Part shown: positions 56,032 through 64,000 of the stretch, one piece after another | Layout of the letters: each line of letters opens with the position of its first letter | Numbering within the stretch: position 1 is the stretch's first letter | From: Alphaproteobacteria bacterium | GTDB lineage: Bacteria; Pseudomonadota; Alphaproteobacteria; SP197 | NCBI GenBank assembly: GCA_964291265.2 | Contig: OZ219747.1 | Location: 512,001-576,000, forward strand | Direction: 5' to 3' | DNA length: 64,000 nucleotides | The notes under the pieces: model-generated | What the model saw: only the letters and a program-made list of their open reading frames with translations | Database searches by the model: none | Told to the model about the DNA's origin: nothing | Position numbers and translations under genes: made by a program

Positions 56032-57930
56032 CCTTTCAACCGCCCATTGTTGGTTCAATCTATTTCAGCATATCGAGTTTCCGCATATTTCGGTAATGTT
56101 GGACGAAGGCGAGGAGGAGCTTGTATCCCTGCCAGAGTTTCCCGGTCCCCGGCAGGGGTTGGCGCTTTTTGGGAATGAAGCCTGCCAGGCGTGCGACATC
56201 GACGGCGAAGGCTTCGATGGTCGGTTCGGGATCGGGAGGTCCATGCGGCGTGCGCTGTCGGCCGGTCTTGTGAATGTTCAGGACCGTGATCTCGTCGCGG
56301 TGGACGATGCTGCTTGCCGGGGTGTCGGGTGCCGAGCGTGCGAGACGCTCGACGGTCATGACGTGGCATGCGGTGATGACGTCGAAGGCCAGGCACGTCC
56401 TCAGATCGTCGTCCTGGTCGAAGCGCCGGTCCTCAATGCGGGTGCCGACCTTCAGGGCCTTGAAGTACTCTTCGATCCACCATCGCCTCTCGTAGAAGGA
56501 GACGGTCTTGAGGGCATCGTCTGCGGTGACGTCGCCTTCGGTGGTGAGCAGCATCCAGTCCTGAGGATCGCGGCCTGGCGGTGGGGCGGGTTCCGTGACC
56601 CGCACGGCCATCATGGAGAGCGGCGGCGTTGCCTGAGGCTTCTTGTCCGGCGGAGCCAGGTCGACCCTTGCGGCGCGGACTTCGAGGCGCACGCCCTTGC
56701 GCTCCTTGCGACGACGCGGCCCTCCGCAGGCTGCGATGTCGATCTGCTTCGTTGCGATGCACGGCTCGTCGGCCATGTAGTCCCAAAGGTCCCGGCGGGC
56801 GCCCGTTGCGGTGATCACGCGGCGCCGTGTCGAGCGCTTGACACGCACCAGCAGACCGGCCTCGTGCTCCGGGCCAGCAGGTCCCAGATGTCGCCTTCAC
56901 GGTCACAGATCACCAACACCCTTGTCGAAGGACAGGCAGCGGCCAGTTCCACGGCCTTGTCGTACCCGTCGAGCCAGCGCCGGCTCTCCTTGTCGTCTGG
57001 CTCGTCCTTCTTCTGATCCGGCTTGAGGCGGAAGTCGGCGTCGAGATGGAACAGTCCGAGGGATGAGCCGCCTTCGCTGAAGGCAACCCCGGCATGGACC
57101 GCTATGCCAAGGGCGTCCGAGCCGCCGCCGACACGACCCTTGGTCGCCTCCAAGCCATTGTGCTTCAAGAACGTCGTGTCCTGGATGGCAAGAATCAGGC
57201 GCTGCGAACGGCAGCGTTCCACCATCGCTTCCTGGTGCTCCTCAAGGATATGGTCCATCGTCACCCTGCTCCGCCTCGCCGGGGAAGATCACCGGCAGGA
57301 TCTCTCCGGGACGATCGTCCCACGCCCGACCCATGGTGACAAGGCGCTCGCGGATGCGCACGTCACTGTGGCTGCTGCGGGTGTACTCCTCATCGCCCAG
57401 TCCGCCGACAAGGGGTGCCGCCCGGCCCATGACACGCTTAGGCTCCCGTCACAGCAAGGGCGCGCCAGTCAGGCGTCAGGGGCTTCATCCATACGGCGCG
57501 CTTGACACCCTGGCCAGTGGCCCCGGGAAGCCGACCCGAGGTCATCTCCTCACAGCGCTCCCAGCCCGCCGCCCGGTAGCTCACGCTGCTGTGCTCGGGA
57601 CCCACATACGTGTACGCCAGAACCGGCGTCACCCCGTACTTCTCGTGCCAGTCCGCGGCAAGACGTCGGCAGGCACAGGCCAGGGCATGGGAGGCCAACT
57701 CCTTCACATCCACCGATGGAAGAACCAGGAAGAGAGCGTTGCAGACGATCTCGCCGATGTGGACGTCACGCTCTCACTATGACCAGCCGATGAAGTCGTC
57801 GCGCGTCTTCTGGCACCAACTCGCCGCACAGATCACCAAGCCACCGAGACGACCGTGGCACGACGAGGTGACGCTCATGGACCACTATCAAGGCCTCATG
57901 AACGGCAGGTCAAACACGGACTTTGAAAGG
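56032..57930 (-). mobile_element. Internally deleted, frameshifted IS4-family element (DUF4338-DDE)
   Basis: Ends CCTTTCAA (56032) / TTGAAAGG (57930); fragments WHEKYGVTPVLAYTYV, AIQDTT, CDREGD, YERRWWIEEYFKALK. Confidence 0.85.
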
Positions 57931-58128
57931 TCATACGGTGGCGAGACAGACCGTGGCCAACGGCGTGCCGCTGCCGACCGTGGCCCGGATGCTCGGTCAT
58001 GCGCAGCCATGACGCTCAGATACGCCCATGTCGGTGACCATGAGGTCGAGCATGCCGCAGAGCTCATCGGGACCAGAATCGTCAGGGCTTTGGCTGGCGG
58101 GCCAGTCGATGACGGGTGCCTGCCCTGA
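57931..58128 (+). pseudogene. Tyrosine integrase C-terminal remnant
   Basis: HTVARQTVANGVPLPTVARMLGHAQ, frameshift, MTLRYAHVGDHEVEHAAELIG. Confidence 0.8.
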
Positions 58129-58166
58129 CACCTGGCGTCCAGAGACCCACGCTGCCGATACTTCCA

Positions 58167-58604
58167 TCAAGGAGGACCAAAATAAAACTTGAGATCCTGC
58201 GGGTCCAACGCAAACCGGATCCGTGACAATAGTCCCGAATACCCCAAAAAGTTTCCCCGCCCCCAGTCATCGCAAACAAACACCGTTGCATCCACTTCCA
58301 GACCACATCCTTGCTCCGCCGTGAGAGTAATTCTACATCTTTCCAGACTGCCTTTTTTTACTCCCGCCACGGTGTGCAGGGTAATTAAATCTGTGCTCCC
58401 TTTGAGACCAATTAGCTCGTTAATTTCCGAGTTGAGAACCACCCACGGGGTAGCTGGATCAACTCTGGCTAGAGTTGGGATATCCTGGTCACCATGTAGC
58501 AATATGCTCACGTAAACTGACGCTTGACTGGAGTCTAACGTCGGGTCTTCCTCAAAATATCCCGCCACACCACAAACAAATGGTTCACCCTCCCGCTCCA
58601 GCAT
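58167..58604 (-). CDS. Retropepsin-like (clan AA) aspartyl protease homologue
   Basis: TLARVDPATPWVVL (variant of DTGA), NFLGYSGLLSRIRFALDP (hydrophobic-LG motif). Confidence 0.6.
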   Translation of the reverse strand: MLEREGEPFVCGVAGYFEEDPTLDSSQASVYVSILLHGDQDIPTLARVDPATPWVVLNSEINELIGLKGSTDLITLHTVAGVKKGSLERCRITLTAEQGCGLEVDATVFVCDDWGRGNFLGYSGLLSRIRFALDPQDLKFYFGPP

Positions 58605-58606
58605 AC

Positions 58607-59350
58607 CTAGTCGGTTCCTGACCCTATATATTGAATCAAAGGCATTCTCTCTTGTCTCATAAGATTCATGTTTTCCAGCAATTGCCTTAGCGTATCGGAG
58701 AAAGCAACTAGTTCATCACCATCCAATGCGATCCATTTCCCCTTATATTCCCTTCCATGCGTTTTGATCCAAGACGTTTCCTTCTGGCGATTTTTGGTAA
58801 ACGAGTTGACCTTTCTAGCCCTACCCTGGGGCAAAATTACTTTCAATAGACTAGCTATTCTTGAATCGCTCGGGAATTGTTCAACTCCAGCTTGGAGAAG
58901 GCAAACAGCTTCCCGAACGTTACACTCGCCAAGAAGAATTTTGGCCTTCTCCAATACCACCAACGGAAGAGTATTGGCTCCGACCGGGTGCCCCATGACA
59001 GCTCGCGCTGAATCCCGTGCATGAGAAGATGTTGTTCTAGAAAATAGATCAACCGAACATGTGAAACCGCGATTTACAGAACGCTGCCGCAGCTCAAAAA
59101 TATCTGTCAATTGTCTTGGGTCACTCAATTTGACAGTGGAAACCTCTCCACTTAGGGCTTGGGACAAATTCTCTCTTCGCGCTCGCTGGTGGATCTCAGG
59201 TATTTCGTAAGAGAGATGAAGTGAAGACTTTTTTGTATTGGATGCCAATATGTCTGACGAACGAAATCGATCACGAGAGGCAGAGACAGGCCGCCTCGCA
59301 CCAGATCTCAGGGAAGTCGATTGGTAGGGCAAAGAAAAATTCACTATCAT
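58607..59350 (-). CDS. Hypothetical protein with a helical hairpin and C-terminal DUF5678
   Basis: WIKTHGREYKGKWIALDGDELVAFSDTLRQL; AKILLGECNVREAVCLLQAGVEQFPSD is TPR-like; start uncertain. Confidence 0.6.
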   Translation of the reverse strand: MIVNFSLPYQSTSLRSGARRPVSASRDRFRSSDILASNTKKSSLHLSYEIPEIHQRARRENLSQALSGEVSTVKLSDPRQLTDIFELRQRSVNRGFTCSVDLFSRTTSSHARDSARAVMGHPVGANTLPLVVLEKAKILLGECNVREAVCLLQAGVEQFPSDSRIASLLKVILPQGRARKVNSFTKNRQKETSWIKTHGREYKGKWIALDGDELVAFSDTLRQLLENMNLMRQERMPLIQYIGSGTD

Positions 59351-60042
59351 TCGTCAGATTCCAATCCTACGAGAGCGAGAAGACGACGGAAATGCTGAAC
59401 CACAGATCTCATCATTTCCTCTAGGGATATTCTTGATGCATCGAAAGTGATCGATATTCTTACGAAAACACAATCTGAAAACTCACTGGATAAATCCAGT
59501 GCTATGGAGGAGTGTGTCTGTGGTCCTTTAGGTCCCAAGTAATAGGTAACAGCATTTCCTATGATCCAATTGGTATCGTCCACTAGTGGAGACACATATT
59601 GGCGAATATGGTCCGCTGGGGATGCATCAATGAGCTGGTAGTGACATACAAAATCTACCTGAAAAGACGCATATGAGCAGTCGAAGATGGTAGATTCGAC
59701 AGCCGACAGGAAGGCTTCAACAGCCTTCAAACAGGTTTCGGACAAAGAGATGATGGATGTAGCATCAGCGACATGAGGATTGAAAAATACAATGAAAGCC
59801 TTGTCAAGATTGAGTCGAGCGAAGCCTCCCAAACCGGTCAAGTCGTAGACGACGTTGGCATTGCTGAGTGGCAATGTGTCGGTCTCAATCCGGATATCGG
59901 CCGCACGGATCCGGCAGAAAGGGGAGAATGCAGAGGCGACCTTGGCATGCAGATTAGAGTCAGCGTGCTGGAGATTGAAGGCAGGTTTGGTAAATCCCGC
60001 TTCTACACCAAAGTCGCATTTTCTGATCAGGCGATCAACCAT
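59347..60042 (-). CDS. Hypothetical protein, 231 aa
   Basis: AGGAG RBS, ATG at 60042, intact AT-rich ORF with a 4-nt overlap to the next gene. Confidence 0.7.
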   Translation of the reverse strand: MVDRLIRKCDFGVEAGFTKPAFNLQHADSNLHAKVASAFSPFCRIRAADIRIETDTLPLSNANVVYDLTGLGGFARLNLDKAFIVFFNPHVADATSIISLSETCLKAVEAFLSAVESTIFDCSYASFQVDFVCHYQLIDASPADHIRQYVSPLVDDTNWIIGNAVTYYLGPKGPQTHSSIALDLSSEFSDCVFVRISITFDASRISLEEMMRSVVQHFRRLLALVGLESDE

Positions 60043-60049
60043 CGTGTTG

Positions 60050-60412
60050 CTCCTAGATAGCAAGGCGAGGCTGAGGACGGCCCCGCCCGGCAGCAGCGCC
60101 CGCGCCATCGTCGACCGGCAGCCGCGCACGGTCAGCGCGTTCGTATTTCCCTCGCCACGCAACTCCGCACGGCCCTAACCTACCGCTCTGGACCGGATTC
60201 GGCGGGAAGCCGGGATCAAGGATGTACACCTGCATGATTTTCGACATACAATGGCAAGCCATACGGTGATGAACGGCGTGCCCGTCTTGGCCGTCTTCCG
60301 TCTGCTCGGACAATCCGATGTGCGGATGATGATGCGTTACGCCCATCTCGCCGACCACGACATCGACGCCGCGGCGGAACGCGTCGGAACAGCGATGAAC
60401 GGCAATCTGGAG
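60050..60412 (+). pseudogene. Tyrosine integrase C-terminal remnant
   Basis: LDSK..RT...ARAIVDRQPR..FVFPSP, IRREAGIKDVHLHDFRHT, RLLGQS, MRYAHLAD. Confidence 0.82.
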
Positions 60413-61081
60413 ACAAAGCCGGGGCCGCCTTCAATGAGGTCGTCACCGGCCTCACCATGGAGCCAGTCGGTGCGGTCGCTGCCGTAGAGAATATCGACCC
60501 CCGCACCGCCGTAGACCTCGAAGTGCTCGCCGCGACTCACGGTGACGCTGGGAGGGAGTATGAAGTTGTCCTCGCCGAGGGACGACGACGCCAACACGCC
60601 CGACAGGGTAATCGTTTCGCCGCCGCCGACATAGCGAATGACGTCATTGGAGCCGTGCTGCTCGATCACCAGATCCGCGAAACCGCCGGACACGCCGGCG
60701 ATCTCGATGCGGTCGCCTGCCTCGAAACCGGCGATGCGTTCGGCCCCGTCCCCCACCGCGAAGGCGAAGACATCGGCTCCCATGCCGCCATTGAGGTTGT
60801 CGTTGCCCCGGCCGTCCGTCCGCCGGTCACCGCCCTGCCCGCCGAACAGGCGGTCGGCGCCGTCACCCCCCTCGAGTATGTCGGCCCCAGTGCCGCCGTT
60901 CAGCGTGTCATCGTCCGAACTACCGGGGTTCATGGCGAGAAAGTCCGCGTCGGCTCCCGGATTTACGGTTCTGCCCGTCAGCCTGATCATCGCCGAGGCC
61001 ACACGTTAGAATATCGTTGCCGAGACCGCCCGTCAAGGTGTCGTTGTCAGAACCGCCGGTCCAGGAAATATCCTGTGTCAT
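60413..61081 (-). pseudogene. RTX repeat protein pseudogene (frameshift, 3'-truncated)
   Basis: MTQDISWTGGSDNDTLTGG, frameshift near 60990, GGTGADILEGGDGADRLFGG, IEQHGSNDVIRY..TITL. Confidence 0.82.
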
Positions 61082-61417
61082 CGCGCTCTCTCCTCAACGG
61101 CTGGGGCTCCACGGCAGGGCATGAAGGCATCCCGAGGAGAAAGCCTATTCCATGCCGTCAGCCGCGGCAAGCGCCACCCGGTGGAGAGCAGGACCATTCT
61201 GTTGTCGCGATCGGCGGCGGACAACCGCGTCAGAGTGGCCGTTCTTGAAGTTGGTGGCACCTTCTCGAGGTCGGAACCGGCATATCGACAACGAAATCCG
61301 GTCCCGAATGGACCTCCAGATCTGCCTGGAACGCCCCCTCGTCGGACGAAACATGACAAAAGAAGAGCCCTGCGGTGGAGAGGTTCCTGGCCGCCTGATC
61401 CCTTGACCCGTCCCACC

Positions 61418-63741
61418 CCTTTCAACCACCCACGCGTGTATAGGGATCTTAGTCCCGCCTTCTTGCGCCAAGTGCGTCACGCACCTGGATCGCCCAGTTC
61501 AGCCTTTCGAGACCCTGCCAGAGCTTCTTCGCTCCCGGGAGCGTCTGGCGCGGCGTGGGATGCCACCCGACGAGGCGCCCAAGGCCGATGACGACGGCAC
61601 GGACATCGCCCATCGCCCGGACCTCCCGGTGACCCTGGGATTCCAGCAGCGTGCGGAGCAGGTCGATGTCCTCCTCGGCAAACACCTCGCTCGCCGGGGT
61701 CAAGGGACGCTCGCGCGCAAGCACGGTCAGGTCGGCAACATGGACGGCGGTGACGGCGTCGAAGGCAAGGCACGTCTTCAGGTCGTCGGCCCTGTCGAGC
61801 CGGCGGTCCTTGATCCGGGTCCCGGTCTTCAGCGTGCGGAACCAGGTCTCGATGCTCCATCGCGTCCGGTACCAGCCCAGGACGGTCGCCGCGTGCACGG
61901 CCTCGGCCTCCCCTGGTGCCGGGCGCTCGGTGGTCAGCAGCAGCCAGTGCAGGGCCTCGTCGCCGTCACCGGTTCCGGCCTCGCTGGCCGAGACCGCGAA
62001 CATGGACACAGGCTCCGCGTCGCGCTCTTTTTGCGGCGGTGCCACCTCGACCTGTGCCGTGCGGATCTCGAGACGGGCGACGCGCTCCTTGCGGGCGCGC
62101 GGGCCGCCAGCGGCCGGGATCGTCAGCTCCGTCACCGCGACCAGCGGCCGGGCCGCGACATGCTTCCACAGGCACTTCTTTTTGCCGTCGGGCTCACCCA
62201 CGCGCTGTTTCGCCGAACGGCTCGCACGCACCAGCAGCGCGGCTCCGGCGTCCGCGGCATGGGCGAGCAGTTCCCAGAAGTCGCCCTCGCGGTCGCAGAC
62301 CGAGACCACACGCGTGTCCGGGCAGGCCGCCGCGAGCTCCCGGGCCCGCTCGAGCCCGGTGACCCAGCGCTGACTGTCCTCCCCGGGCTCCTGCCGAAAG
62401 GCCGCATCCATCGTGAACAGGCCCAGCGGCCGGCCCTCCGACGTCACCGCCAGACCGGCGTGGGCGAGGATGCCGACGCTCCCCTTGCCGCCGCCGCCGA
62501 GCTTGTCCAGACCCTTCGTGGCCTCCAGGCCGCTGTAGTTGATCGCCGTCGTGTCCTGTATCGCAAGGACAAGAGGCTCTGTCCGACAACGCTCCACGGT
62601 CGCCTCAACATGCGCTGCCAGAACGTGCTCCATGGATACCCTCGGGTTCGACAGCAACCGATAAGCGGCCTTCTGCTCCGCCTTCTCGGGAAAGATGATC
62701 GGCAGGTCCTCCCCCATGTTCTTCATCCAGGCCCGGCCCATGTCAACGATGCGTCGCCGCACCCGGCCGTCGGTATGGCGCGTGCGCCCGTACTCCCGCT
62801 CCGCCCAGTCCGCGTCAGTGCCGTCATAGACGCCCGCCAGGGCGCCGAGTGGACGGCGCTGTATCCCGTGGAGCACCGTCCGCCAGCCGCTCTCCAGGGC
62901 CAGGACCCGCACCGTGCCAACCTCGCCGCGGCGCCCGCTGGTCCGCCCGGCCACGGTCCAGCCGGCGCAGTGGTAGCAATAGCCGCTGTGCTCCGCACCG
63001 ACATGAGTGTAGGCCGCCACCTTAGCGCACCGCGTAGCGGGCCTCCCAGTCGTCGGCGATGCGCTCCGCCGCCATGCGCAGGACCCTCAGACGCCAGTCC
63101 GTAGACCCGAACGCCGGGAAGCAGGAGAAACCGATGACCGCAGATCACACGCTCGATGTTGGCGGCACGGGCGTCGGCGGACCATGCGATCCACTCATCC
63201 CGCGCCCGCAGCTGCCAGGTCGCGGACCCGAAGCCGATCCCGCCGAGGGTGCCGTGGCGCTGCGAGCGGATCCAGGTGCGCACCTGGCCGCCGGGCGAGC
63301 GCGTCCATCCCAGCGGGTGGTGCGTCGCCATCATCGCCTCCCAGAGACGGCGATCGTCGGCCTCGCCCACCGGTTCGAGCGAGACCGGGCCGAGATCCTC
63401 CAGCAGGCAGACCAGCTTGGTGTCGGGGACGTCACCGGCCGGGACGGCGGGCACGACGGTCGGATCGGGCACGCTCCGCGGCAGCGGAAGCTCCAACCCC
63501 ACGCGCTCGGCGAGCGCCGGCAGCACCTTCGCCGCCGCCGACAGGCACGGACGGCCGAGCGCGTTGCGCCAGCCGGTGCGCTCGCAAAGCTCGCGTGCCA
63601 GACCGTGACGGGTGGCGTCGGCGGAGCGCAACGCGCCGGCAAACCAGTCAAGCGTCTGCGAATCGAAATGGCGGAGACCAACCTGCATGCCCGCAGCATG
63701 CACGAAACGAATCACCTATGCAGGTCCGATCCTTTGAAAGG
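61418..63741 (-). mobile_element. IS4-family element with a DUF4338-DDE transposase (frameshifted near 63020-63090)
   Basis: Bipartite TIRs CCTTTCAA-N11-TG(T/C)ATAGG at both ends; ORF 63688 to 61449 with RDEWIAWS, AIQDTT, CDREGD, WYRTRWSIETWFRTLK. Confidence 0.9.
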
Positions 63742-63766
63742 CGCCCGGCGAAGTGAAGCGCCACGG

Positions 63767-64000
63767 TCTGCCCATTAGTCACAAAAGGTGTCATTACAAG
63801 TGAACTGAGAGGGGGTCTTCGCCACTGCCGCCGCCTGCCAGAAGCACGCCCGGCGATCGTGCGGACCGAATGCTTGACAAGACCAGCGCACCCTGTCAGG
63901 CTGCCCAACGTCATGGACTACACTCCCCTGCCGATCCGGTCAACATTGGACCAACCCGAGGCCCTGGCCCGGCTGCAGCCGATCCTGGATGGCTCGTCGA
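63767..64000 (+). mobile_element. Probable left end of another IS4/DUF4338 element running off the window
   Basis: TCTGCCCATTAGTCACAAAAG resembles the TIR at 32915; ORF from 63913 (MDYTPLPIRSTLDQPEALARLQPIL) resembles the N-terminus at 32976. Confidence 0.55.

Overview
High-GC alphaproteobacterial chromosome segment, judged from the ialB-rlmN and rpmH-rnpA-yidD-yidC gene orders. Core housekeeping blocks (about 6-14 kb and 16-23 kb) alternate with heavily eroded accessory DNA. The accessory DNA holds: (i) two intact and two broken RTX Ca-binding repeat genes, one behind a promoter with a G10 tract between -35 and -10; (ii) a HipA/XRE toxin-antitoxin pair; (iii) an IS1-like element carrying a divergent HicBA-like pair; (iv) a type I restriction-modification operon with frameshifted hsdM and hsdR but three intact embedded genes, namely a HEPN RNase, an MNT nucleotidyltransferase fused to HsdS, and a Schlafen/AlbA_2-ATPase in the position PrrC occupies elsewhere; (v) at least four DUF4338(DruA)-IS4 transposase elements; (vi) four tyrosine-integrase remnants; (vii) an AT-rich three-gene cassette (unknown, DUF5678, retropepsin-like protease); and (viii) a 17-kb GntR-associated catabolic cluster with two ABC transporters, a SelA/DgaE-like PLP enzyme, RidA, an enolase-superfamily enzyme, a lactonase, an SDR and two G1PDH-like paralogues. 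The best candidate for an undescribed system is the HEPN + MNT::HsdS (+Schlafen) module built into the type I R-M operon. All family assignments come from motif recognition by eye; no database searches were run. I saw no rRNA, tRNA or CRISPR array.
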